From Polymyxa betae A26-41 (taxonomy: Eukaryota > Protista > Endomyxa: Phytomyxea): a stretch of 64,000 nucleotides of DNA. The stretch covers positions 1 through 64,000 of the forward strand of contig RBZT01000591.1 in NCBI GenBank assembly GCA_003693705.1, in the 5' to 3' direction. The notes beneath the pieces are model-generated. The model was not told the DNA's origin, ran no database searches, and saw only the letters and a program-made list of their open reading frames with translations. Position numbers and translations under genes: made by a program. Of this stretch, positions 1 through 14,193 are shown in pieces; position 1 is the first letter of the stretch, and each line of letters begins with the position of its first letter.

Positions 1-159
1 TATGGTTTTGTTTGCTTAACTTTGCATAACCGTAGATATATGGATGCATATCGGGAGAAAAACGGAGAATTTTTATCAGTTAAAGATGTGGAGCGTGCTG
101 TTCGCAAGTTTAAAAGTTACCGAACGATCCCGTCGTGGTGGAACAGAGAGGAGCTCTAA
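1..159 (+). mobile_element. C-terminal fragment of a probable DDE DNA transposase (runs in from the window edge)
   Basis: Frame 1 is open from base 1 to TAA 157-159 and reads RRYMDAYREKNGEFLSVKDVERAVRKFKSYRTIP. This resembles the RYMDAY...AVKKYKSHRRI C-terminal signature I recall from fungal/protist DDE transposases. The catalytic core is outside the window. Confidence 0.55.
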
Positions 160-614
160 ATAAAAAACTGAGATTTTGCGTCCGCAATTTTTATTGCGAA
201 GTCACGCAATAACGTTTTCTGCGTACGCACTTTTGGATTCAGTTTGCAACAACCAGGTCAGTTTATGACAGTTAAGATGTCCGCGACGGTGCCTACGGTA
301 TAATATACCGTATCCATACAAGCTACTTGTGGAACAGGTCTCGTAGATCGATGAAATTATGTCATTCTCTTCTCAGACGATAAACACTTGGGCTATATTT
401 TCTCGCCATCGGGGTAGCAGCCCCCAAAAACGTGTAGCAGTAGGTGTTACAAGTTGCTAACGAAGGAGACAAATATAAAATGTGCCTAAAGATAACGACA
501 TACCAACTGGCTTGCGGCCTGAGCAGATTGCATTGAGCCTCAAGATGAACCAACCGTTGTTCAACTGCAAGCAAACAGATCATTACAGACTTGATTGTAC
601 ATTTTTAACATTAG

Positions 615-664
615 CAATACTGTCTCATTGGAAGACATTGAGACAGTATTGAAGACATTGAGAC
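615..664. repeat. 13-bp perfect inverted repeat overlapping a 14-bp direct repeat
   Basis: caatactgtctca (615-627) pairs with tgagacagtattg (639-651). gaagacattgagac occurs at 631-644 and 651-664. Confidence 0.85.
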
Positions 665-1021
665 TATGAAATTAAGCTTGAAGGTGTAGGGACACTGAGC
701 CCGCTTGATCCTCAGTTTTGCCACAAATAGACCGACGATCCGCAGCATGGCAATCTGCAAAGACCTGCAGAACAGTTTGCTTAGCGGCTGATTGAGATTG
801 GATGAGGTGCGGGCAGCATCGCAAATCAGGATCCCACGACCGGATAAATGTAAGCATGCTTAGAAAAATGATCGTCAGATGTGACAGTGAGCAGCCCGCT
901 GCTCTCCAGAATACCGATTTAGACAAAGCAACTCCGTGTCGGTTTCTATTTAAAACATCTTTCATAAATTTTGTGTTCAGGGGATATCAGACCGAGGTCA
1001 AAACGTTTGGCGATCTCGGCC

Positions 1022-1907
1022 ATGAAGCGAGGCATTCTCAAAAATAAGAGCACGTCAACGACGCCAAACTCGTCGGCTGCTGTCAATACAGGCGCTGCCC
1101 AGGTCCAGTTTAATGAGGACAATCTGGCTCAGATCGAGGTAAGCCATCAATCAGTTTTCCTTCTGGTGATGGCTTCCTGTTATACATGACCGTTTCAACT
1201 TATCTACCATGTCTGTTTTGAAGGTGTTTTATTCTCAATGTTTCGTAATGCAAATTCAAAACGAAAGCGCTTTGTATATCGAAATGAGTTGTCTCTGCAT
1301 TCCTTGAATTGAGTTGCAAACGATCATTGTGGTTTTTCATCATGCAATTCCGATGTTGATGTGACTTTTACATAGGCTGAGAAACCGGCTACACGCATGA
1401 CAATCGACGAACCTAAAACTCCATATCATTATGCAAACTCAGAAGATTACTCAGATATGGATGAGATGGATCTCATGGATTCTGATGAGGCCAAGTCGTA
1501 CTTGAACTCTTCATCTCGTTTTGATCTAATATTGATGCAGACAATCATCCCGCAGCCATCGTGTTGTAATTATTGAAAACGACCGAATGGCCTCGAACAT
1601 TTCAGATGCCGCTGTCTCTCGCCGTTACAGCGAATGGGAGACCTCCGAGTCAGAAGATTTTGGTACGATTCCTCATTAGAATTTGTAAAATGGTGTTGAT
1701 GATGGCTAAGATCACGATCGGAAAGATTCGGAAAAGTTTAAGATCAAGCGAAGGCAGCATTACAACGAATATCAGGCTGTACGAAGGCTGCGTCAAATCA
1801 AGCCAAATTTCGACGAAGATGAAGATGATGATGATACGCTGAGCGCTATTATGAATTCTGAAATTCTTCCAAACCCGAAATCTAATATAGATCGCCTCAA
1901 ATCATGA
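1022..1907 (+). CDS. PPP1R2: Protein phosphatase 1 inhibitor-2 (4 exons)
   Basis: MKRGILKNK (SILK-like), QVQF (RVxF-like), MTIDEPKTPYHY and KRRQHYNE join across GT-AG introns. Stop TGA at 1905-1907. Confidence 0.9.
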
Positions 1908-1976
1908 GATCGCAACATTGACTGAACGTTCTTGTAGCTTTGAAATTCGAAAATCTCTATCCATCATAGTTTATTC

Positions 1977-3485
<1,509 letters not shown>

Positions 3486-3854
3486 TACTTCTTGTCAGAA
3501 GCTGAAGTGACCCAAGGAGCACCCTATTGCGTACTGACACCTCAGAACTGGAAATTCCATTCGTTAGTCGCTCTAATCATTGTCAATCTCATCTCCACTA
3601 CTATATATGACTTACAATCTCCAGAACTCATGCACTTTAAATTCCATCTATAAAAATTTATACTTTATACTTCCAAACTTTAGGAAGCATTATGAGTCAC
3701 GTTCAAACTGAGTCAAGGACTCAATGTTGAAGAACGATGCCCCGATTGACTCCTTTCGGATCATGACCAGATTCTATGTTCATAATTGTATCTATTCTCG
3801 TTCATCTACGTTCAGGTCGTTGTTTATCACTACGAAGCCCTCTCGAACGGCTCC

Positions 3855-4319
3855 ATGCTACAACTCACTTTCCTGGTCACGATCCTGGCCATGCTGGTGG
3901 CGCCTCGCGCTGCAGCCGAAGACATGTACAAATGTGAAGATGGCACGTTCACCTGCACTAAACAAGTTGCCTATGTCTGTGCATCTAATGGCGTCTCTTA
4001 CCTGAATCATTGCGAGTTCTTCAATGCATACTGCAGCAATAATGATATCAACTTTAAGCACGACGGGAAATGTGAAGACGATAGCAAGTCAACATCAGCG
4101 CCATCGAAAAAGGATTCGAAAGATAGCACACCATCGCAATCAGCACCAGTTATTAAATCTGGATATGCTGCCACCTCGCAGCCGGCGTCATCTGCTGCTC
4201 CATATAACGGTCCTGCATCTGCTCCCGCCACGCCAGCGCCTGCTAAATCAGCTTCTTCATCAAGTTCATCGTTGCTGGGTCTAATAATTGCAGTAGCCAC
4301 GTTCCTTGCTTCCTTATAA
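3855..4319 (+). CDS. Secreted, probably GPI-anchored single-domain Kazal serine-protease inhibitor
   Basis: Signal peptide MLQLTFLVTILAMLVAPRAAA. Six-Cys Kazal domain C..CTKQVAYVCASNGVSYLNHCEFFNAYC...HDGKC. S/P/A-rich stalk and hydrophobic C-terminus LLGLIIAVATFLASL. Intronless. Confidence 0.88.
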   Translation: MLQLTFLVTILAMLVAPRAAAEDMYKCEDGTFTCTKQVAYVCASNGVSYLNHCEFFNAYCSNNDINFKHDGKCEDDSKSTSAPSKKDSKDSTPSQSAPVIKSGYAATSQPASSAAPYNGPASAPATPAPAKSASSSSSSLLGLIIAVATFLASL

Positions 4320-4461
4320 GATAAAGAAGATCTTACTGACTTAATCTGAAAATAAACTCGTTAATGATCGAATTCGCAATGAGAAACAATTGCAAAGAGT
4401 TTTTATATTAACCAATCGATAATAAGCTATTCTAAACAATAAATAATAATAGAGATGTTAG

Positions 4462-5275
<814 letters not shown>

Positions 5276-6477
5276 CTCGATTTATCTTTAGCTCTGCAAA
5301 TTGCTCGTGTGACGATTGCCATCAAAGTAACCATGAAGCAGTCGATTCTCTTGTGTTGCATTATTGCGAATCTGGCGATCAGCTTCATACACTGGGTAGG
5401 ATAACGCTTTCATAGCATCAGGAGTATTTAAGAGTTTGAGATGTCAGTTAAGGTTATCAGCTCGAGTGAACATTACTTCCTTCCATTAGACAACGCATCG
5501 TAAAGACATCGAGTAATACTGGATCACAAATGCAGGGACGTGTGACAATTGATCTGTATACATACGGAAGAATGAGAATAGGAAGTATTCCCCGCTTTAA
5601 GTAAGCTGCGGTATAATTGAGGCGTTCTAGATAAAGGCAGCCACAACTGGTATCAGATTAAAATCATTCTGTCGAAGCTCAGACAATACTGAACGATTGC
5701 ACTAATGCAGAAACACTGCCGGAACACATTAACGTGAAATACATTTTTCTGAAACGCCTTGCATGGGTATACTGGTCTGCAACTTTCTCCATCGTTGACA
5801 AGTTTCGTCCATTTCTCGATAAAGATCTTCGATTCAGAGTTGGCTACAGAGCATTCGGCAAGCGAATAGGAGCTGGTAACATTGAATGTGATATTCATAT
5901 TCAGGAAGTAGATAAAATGTCACAGGCTACATTCGCAAGCTGTATCATTTCTACCTGATGTCATATTCCGGCTGAAATGCAGATGTCTGGCCATGACATT
6001 CCGACAAGAAATTCTGTTCAATTCATCCCATGTTTCTGCATTAAGCATGGATGGTTTAGCCATAGAAAGCTACCAGTGGAGGGAGCTAATAGCTACCAGT
6101 CGGTCATGCTTGGCGGCTGACAGATACCTACCGAGGTTTGAAGGCAGATAAAGGAGCGATATGAAGGATGCCGAGTGGTAATAGCAATAAAAAGGGCGGT
6201 GTCCTCTAATAAGCTTGCTGAGTGCACTTACAGTCGACTCCTTATCACGATCGGGCACTTTGACAAAGCCAGGTTTCGAATGCCGGCAAACTCTTGCTGC
6301 AAGTGTAATACGATTCAGTTTGGTGGCAGCCAATACAAGTCTTATTTTATTGAGTTCCGAATCAAATTAGATACTTAGCTGGAATCCATTGAATCCATAA
6401 ATCTGCTGATCATTCAACATTGACCGATACGTAATCAGTGAGTCTTTAGAAAAATCGATGCTTCTAATTTATTTTCA

Positions 6478-7918
6478 TCAGGCATATAATGTGGCCAGTT
6501 CCGATGTTGGTCCAGCAGCTGAGATAAATGGATGACGTAACAGATCTATAACCGTAGCTCGCTAGTTATATTCAAATGAATCTCTGCAAACTTGTAACTA
6601 TAGCCTCATACCTTCTCAGGATCTTTCTGTAGGCACAACTCAACAAAATTCTTGAACTGATCAGAGAACTGGTCGCCTGTTAATCGAGGTGGCGGCGCCA
6701 TTGGAATCGTTGTAATCAATCGAATGGGAACCTGTAGAACTGTGAGCATCAAACGTTGTACCCAGATAAATACAACCATGTTATGATTAGGTGGCTTTCC
6801 TAGTGCCATTTCAATGCAGGTAATTCCTAGTGACCATATATCAGCCTTGCCATCATATCCAGCACCAGAGCTGTCCTGCATCATCACTTCAGGTGCCATC
6901 CACCAGGGGCTTCCTATATGATGAATCAACCTATAGGAATACGACTTCACTCTGCTTGGATTACCAACAAATGTATGGCATTTCGTGACTGTGTCAGTAA
7001 GTTGGCCAGACGCCCCAAAATCGGCAAGTTTTACAGCTCCTTTCTCTGACAGCAATATATTTGCTGCTTTAATATCCTGGTAGAAATCAATAAACGCCAA
7101 TATGTTGAGCAAATCAATTTACTCTATGAATGCGGCTTTCAGAAAACAGGTATTTGAGACCCCAGAGAACTTCTCTGCAGATGATGGCGATATGTGCTTC
7201 ACATAACGGTTTGATCTTCACCTATTGCCCAACTCTCAATGAAGAAATCGAAATAACCAAATACCTGGCAACGACCTTATCTGACACAGAGCCGCCTGTG
7301 ACATATTCCATAATGATCCATAATTTACTGCCTTGAACGACAGATCCTTTATAGCCCACTAATTGGGGACAGACCTATCGCTCGAAATGGGCTTCAACAT
7401 ACAATAAATATAGGCACTCGCTAACCTGGCCTTCGGTTAAAGCCATGATCTCCCTTCTTATCGTCTCGATATCATCTTGTGAAGTCTGTATGTGATCAGA
7501 TTATTTTGGTCGCCATTCGGGATGAGAGCACAAGCTGGCTTACCTCAAGATCTATTACTTTAATGGCTACGATTTCTTGTGTCTTCTTCTTGATTCTAAG
7601 CATAAGTCTCAGTTATATCCAGAGACGGAACAAGTTGAGTTGAGTACCCTTTGTAAACCTCTCCGAATGCACCACCGCCAATTTTGCCAAGTTTGATGAA
7701 TTCACAATCTTTATAATGATCTTCCAGCTGCTTAACTGCCTTTCGCTTCTTCTCAGCTGATCCCGATTCTAACGCTTCTTCAATATCCTGAACTGCTTCA
7801 ATATCCGTTCTGTTGATCCAAATAACCCTACCTTGCGAATATAAGGCATATATTCAGGTTTGAAGTTGAACACTTTCTGGAATCGTTCAGCGATTGTGTC
7901 TTCATTAAGGTCTGCCAT
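6478..7918 (-). CDS. STE20-family (GCK-III/MST3-like) Ser/Thr kinase, multi-exon
   Basis: [62 protein letters not shown]|RAT. Stop TGA at 6478-6480. Start inferred at MADLNED. Confidence 0.9.
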
Positions 7919-8637
7919 GACTTCGCGGTATATGTGCCCGCCTGTGTGTTGCTGCAGATGGCTATAAAGATTTGACTGATCTTTAAGAGCTCATCATAGC
8001 CTGAGAAATTTCTTAACGCTGTGGGCTCTCGCAGATCATTTTGTACACGCGACCTAAAATACATCGAAATATCTGGCTCAAATCCATCCTTTTGAGTATG
8101 AATATCAACAGTCGCCTTTAGTGAATACAATTTTCGCAGATATCATTGAAATGTACAATGTAACGTCCTTCTTATACCTCCGGGCAATATGTGCCTGCAT
8201 AATGTAAAGTTTTAGGCAGCGACTGTCGGGCACCACCTTTGATAACGACCCCGGCTGGATAGTCCAACACGACGGAGGATATTCGGAAGTATTTCTGGAG
8301 AAACTCAAGCTCAAGTTTCTCACCTCAATGAACAGTTTTAGCAAGCTAGAGAACTTCATTAAGTTGTTCTCTAAGTCCAACGCGATCGAGGCATATTGAG
8401 GCGTTTGCCCGAACTCTCCAACGCATGCACTAGGCCACTATAGTTTTGTATCAAGGTAATGAATTTTGAGAGATCTCAGTTTGATTTTCCACATTTATAG
8501 AAGCTTTGCCGTCTTTTTAGAGGAAAACAGAATAGAGTCGCCCGATTTGCGGAGCACATGCGCCATCATGGTCATTGCTGCAGTGAGTGGCCTCTCTTTT
8601 GGACTCTCTCAAGGGCACCTCCTGCCTTATCTTTCCA

Positions 8638-10814
8638 ATGATTACTTCATATTGTCGCTATGGTCTAAGACCATTACAGAAATATGTACATGCACACGCA
8701 GAGCATCATAAACTAATCGGTCCTTACCGCACCCATTATATCAATCAAATCGTGCAGATTCCTCCCGGAACACGAGTCAGTGGTTTGGATGCTTCGCATG
8801 TTGCTTAAAGAATCTTAGGTTCGTGTTTGTGGCCGAGTTAGTCATATTCGTCCATTAGGCCACATTAATTTTATATTGTTAACGGACCATGAAGAATCAG
8901 TTCAAGCCGTATGGAAGAAGGGTTCATCTAACGATCTGGCATCACAAATTAAAGCTTTGCGGCCAAATTCGTTCTGCTCCTTAGAGGGAATTGTCACTGA
9001 TCGACACGAAATTTTATTGGAAAATTGTTGTGAGCTGTCAGTCCCGGATTCTGCTATTACTCGTTGGCCCATTCAACCAGAAACCAGTGAGGAAGTTCGA
9101 TTGAAATTGCGGTTTCTGGACCTTCGCGAACCTCAGTTTCAAAAGCGTTTGAAATTACGATCACGAGCTGTTCACGCCATACGATCTGTCTTGCAAAGTC
9201 TTCAATTCAGTGAAATTGAGACGCCGATATTAACAGCATCTAGTCCTGAAGGGGCCCGTGAATTTCTTGTGCCAACCAGGAAATCTGAATGTTTCTTTGC
9301 ATTGGCTCAGTCTCCTCAACAATATAAGGTTGCGCTTTGTTATACCGTATTTTAAGCGTTTATGAAGGCATTGATATTGATTCTGGGTATTATAATTCCC
9401 TTTTGCATTCATTATTGTTGACGAATGACAATCAATGAACAATGTGGAACATCAAATTTCCACTGACAGTTTACTATAGCAGTTGCTGATGGCGGGCGGA
9501 TTCGAGCGATATTTCCAATTCGCACGTTGCTTTCGGGACGAGGACGGACGGAGAGATCGCCAGAGCGAATTTACTCAGATTGATATTGAAATGGCTTACG
9601 TTGGAACTGAAGAAATCATGCATCTTGCTGAAACCACACTGAGAGATTTATCAACATCTCTACCGGAAATGCAGCTGCAGTTCCCAGCTACAGCTTTACC
9701 TCGTTATTCGTACGATCATGTTATCCAGCATTACGGTTCTGACAAGCCAGACCTGAGAACAAAGCAGATGGCACTGCATGACATCTCAGGTAACCCGATT
9801 CAAACGCTGTAATATTGGTAACACTTCACTAAACTGCTCCTAGATGGATGGATTGCAATGCTATGTAAACAAGTAAAACGTTATCCACTCGAGGCTGATC
9901 TGAAAGGAGTAATCACGATTCCTGTCACTGAACATACCAATTCGACAATAGATTCGGCTACTGTTGCAGAACACATTATCGCTCTATCTATAAGAAAACT
10001 GAACGCACAACCGGGCGATTGTGTTATTCTTTCCCGTGATCGATTGGCTTTAGGATGTTCGAGAAACAAATTGATACCTTGGTTACATGATCGTGGTCTG
10101 TTAGAATTTGATCAAGACACAGCTTGGTTGTGGGTAACTGAATTCCCATTATTTGAGCGAGGACCTGAATCGACATTACAATCCTGTCACCATCCATTTA
10201 CAGCTCCTGTTGACGTAGAGCAACTGTATAATGCTCAATACGATCTTGATGCCCTATTGTAAGCATTCTTTGTTGTTTCCACAAATCGTTTTGTTCTAGG
10301 TTTCCTTCTAGTTGATATTCAATTGATGAACGTGTGATATAGATCGCTGAAAGCTCAATCCTACGATTTGGTTGTAAACGGCATGGAACTGGGAGGAGGT
10401 TCCATTCGAATCCACGACTATAATGTTCAGAAACTGTACTACCGTGCCAATCTGCACCATAAACTACTGACGATCTCGTAGAGTGCTGTCTTTGCTGAAT
10501 AGCAAACAGACTTCAAAAACATTTCAAGCATTACTCTCTGCGCTACGTCATGGATGTCCTCCACACGGTGGTATCGCACTCGGTAAAGTCTATACAGCCA
10601 AGTTTCTGTATTTTTAATATAGTTAGGTTTCGATCGGATAATTAGCGAGTTCCCAAGGAAAACCTCTTCTTTGCGTGATGTTATTGCTTTTCCAAAATCA
10701 GCATTTGGGCGAGATTTAATGATGGATACTCCAGGATGTTTGTACGATGAGAAATGCCAATTAAGTGACCTCGGTATTCAGTTACGGAAACCATGTCTTA
10801 TCATGAATAAATGA
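8638..10814 (+). CDS. DARS2: Mitochondrial (bacterial-type) aspartyl-tRNA synthetase, multi-exon
   Basis: [101 protein letters not shown]. Basic N-terminal presequence. Confidence 0.95.
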
Positions 10815-10926
10815 GACTATCTGAAAAATATCTCCATTGAGATTCATCCATTTGTTAGGCGCTATGGACCTCATATAATTGTGTGGTCGCCACTGAAAGA
10901 AGCGCCATTTCTTCCTTTTAGTAACG

Positions 10927-13900
10927 ATGACTACAAAGCTGAGCAATACATTGGCTTCATGTGTGACCAGCCCATATCTTTTACAGCATGCTCATAATCC
11001 AGTACATTGGATGCCATGGGGACCACAAGCCCATAATCTCGCCAAGCAACTTCGCAAACCGTATTGGACTTTCTAATAAGTTTTATGGCCCCTCAATTTG
11101 AATCTTTACCAGAATTTTCCTTTCAATCGGATACACATCATGTCATTGGTGTCATGTCATGAGACACGAAACATTTGAAAATGAAGAAATAGCTAAAAGT
11201 ATCAACATGCATCCATTTCGAGCTCGGACGAGACTGAGTTTGCCACAGTGCTTAATGAATACTTTGTTAATATCAAAGTTGACAAAGATGAGCGACCTGA
11301 TGTGGATCGAGTTTACATGAACTATGTTCAAGTTTGTGCTGTATTTGTAAAACAATGAGTTGGTATTTATTGCTATTTAGGCGACAACCGGCTCTGGAGG
11401 ATGGTATTATCTCTCTCATTGGCATTTAATTCTTAAACCAAACTTCAATCCCAGGCCAATGAGTGTTTTTTTAACTCCTGATCTGAATCCGTTCGTTGGC
11501 GGGACGTATTTTCCACCTGAAGAGAAGTTGGATATATCTCATTAATGCTATCAATTGCTGACTTTCATAATGCACAGATACGGGCAGACCGGTTTCAAGA
11601 CCTTAATCAATAGAGTTCATAAAGTATGGGTAGAGGTTTGTCAAACTCTGGAACCCTAAACATGCTTATGTCTAAACTTGTGTTTTCAAGGATTCCAAAA
11701 CCGTTGAAATAAAGGCTTCCAATATGTTTAACATGTTGAAAGAATCACTAATGGGACAGTTTGATTCACGAGCTGAGATCCGTTCTGCTCCAAGTGGATC
11801 TTTGGTAGATATCTCTCGTCGACTGTATCGTCAACTTTCCCATCGATTCAACCAACAATATGGAGGATTCGGGTCGGTTCTGATACATCAGCTAAAACTA
11901 TGATTTTGATGAATTCATTTAGTGATGCGCCTTTGTTTCCGCGACCATCTGAATTGCAATGCTTATTAGCTTTATCTGCTACTGAAATTCTTAACAAACA
12001 GGAGAGAACTCATTCTGTTAACATGGTTCTACATACTTTGAGGAAGATGTCACAAGGAGGCATTCATGATCATATTGGTGGTGGATTCTCGCGAGTGAGA
12101 TTTCATTCATTGAAGTTATCTGATCAATGCTAACAATTATATTAGTACTCAGTTGATGAATGCTGGCATGTTCCACAGTAATAACTAAATACTTCTCTTT
12201 GTCGACACATACCGTTCAACTACCTTTTTACAGTTTCGAGAAGATGCTCTATGATAATGCACAGCTTCTGCATACGTTTGCCTCAGCATATCGTATGTCT
12301 GGGGACCGTTACTTTGCTGCTATCGGAAATGATATTTTCGAATATGTAAAATGCTTCTTTGCTGTTTGATTTGTTTTTAAGAAATCCTAACACAGATACA
12401 ACGTGATATGGTGCACTCTTCTGGTGCTTTCTATTCTGCTCAGGATGCTGATAGCAAGCCAACTTTTGAAAGCACAGAAAAAGTAACTGGTATACTGTAA
12501 ATGAGACGTATCTAAAATCACTCTATACAGAAAGAAGGCGCTTATTATGTTTACTCTCGCCAAGAAGTTCTTGAACAGCTACCTGAGCCAATCTTCGAGA
12601 TTTTCTGCTTTCATTATAACATCATGGTGAATGTATCAAAAGAGTTTAATAGGTGTTTTCTGACCGACAAATATCTAGGAAGGAGGCAACTGCAATCTAT
12701 CCTATCGCAGTGATCCTCATGGTGAATTTCAAGGTTTGAGTGTTCCTATAGAACTTGGAGATGATCCTCTCGGGCAGACTGCTCTACATTTCAAACGAGA
12801 CAGGGTTGGCTCAATTACCAAATGGATTGTTCAGTCTTATTATTTATTTAGAATGAAATCATCGATGCCCTTAAAGAAGGGAGCCGAAAGTTGCTGCAAT
12901 ATCGAGAGAAAACTAGGCCGCCCCCTATCACTGATGATAAAATTATCACAGCCTGGTAAACACGAGAGAGCCTCGATGTCTTTCGTTGGCTGATTTTTCA
13001 GGAATGGCATGATGATCTCTGCATGTGCTCAAGCTCATTGTGCTTTTGTCCTCGGTAAAAGTGAAAACTTGCTCACCAGAACTGATTTTCTAGAGGAAAG
13101 TTTGTTCATACTTGATTTATATTAATTTTGAATTATTCGACGACAGGCTGCAATCAAAGCAATGGAGGTTCTTGAGAAGGATATGTTCGCACATGATGTC
13201 GCTTCTGGAGGCAAAAAATTGCTACGAAGCATTCGCTTTATAGATGGTAATGCATCTTTTAAAAAAGTGAGAGTTGAGGCTCAGTTCTTGTTTGCAGATA
13301 AACCTGTGCAAGGTCCAGGAGCGTTTGCTGACGATTATGCTTGGATGATCTGTGCCTATCTCGATCTCTATGAAGCTTCTGGTAATAATACTTATATTCA
13401 GCGAGCTTGCGCTTTACAGGATATCATGGATAAGAAATTCAGGATTGGAAACAGGTTCGATTTTGTTTATGGATGTACTTTCACTAATTAGGCTGGATAG
13501 TTATCTGAGCAGCGATCCTAAGGATGATCCTACGGTCTTGATGCAGCTTGCTGAAATAAATGATGGAGCAGAACCTTCTCCAAATTCAGTAGCTTTTGGA
13601 AATCTGTACCGCTTGCGTAATATCGCCGACACCGATTCTGGCAAGAGATATACAGATATGGCCAAGTACGCATTAGTCTTTTGGTTTACTTTGGTCAGGA
13701 ACTAATTTGGAATTTAGCGCGATCTGGAATTGGGCTCAGCCAACTGCAAATGAACTACCTAATGCATTACCATATTTAGTTACAAACGGTGTCATATTTG
13801 ATGTTGGTGCAGATCGTCTTAATTCGGATTGATGCACAGCGTGGTTTACAGCAACCAAGAAATCGGGATTGCGAAAAACCAGGCGTTGGGGTAAACACAA

Positions 13901-13939
13901 AGGAATTCGTGAATCTGTATTGATAAAGGAAGATAGATG
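10927..13939 (+). CDS. SPATA20: SPATA20/YyaL thioredoxin-domain, six-hairpin glycosidase-like protein, multi-exon
   Basis: [93 protein letters not shown]. The 3' end is uncertain. Confidence 0.92.
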
Positions 13940-14193
13940 ATATTTACTTGACAGACGTTCTGGCTACGTAGTTGTCTAGTTGACTGTAGACTATTATCGT
14001 GAATACAGCGAATGGGAATTTTAGACGTAATAAGCAGATACCCTATGTCAATTAAATCAATTTATATCCCATTGTGTAAACCAGCTAGAGATGAACATCA
14101 GCATTTGATGAGTCGCTGATGGGTTGCTGCCGATCAGTTGGAGCTAACGAGAAAATCAAACGCATTTTTAGTTGAAATTGCTGTATTAGTGTA

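Noticed and set aside
5400-6400. Several 67-87 aa ORFs on both strands between the zinc-finger and kinase genes
   Set aside because: No recognisable motif and no consistent splice path. A real + strand gene cannot be excluded.
7950-8460. ORFs upstream of the STE20 kinase as a possible fused N-terminal domain
   Set aside because: I could not build an unambiguous in-frame exon chain, and a good ATG exists at 7918.
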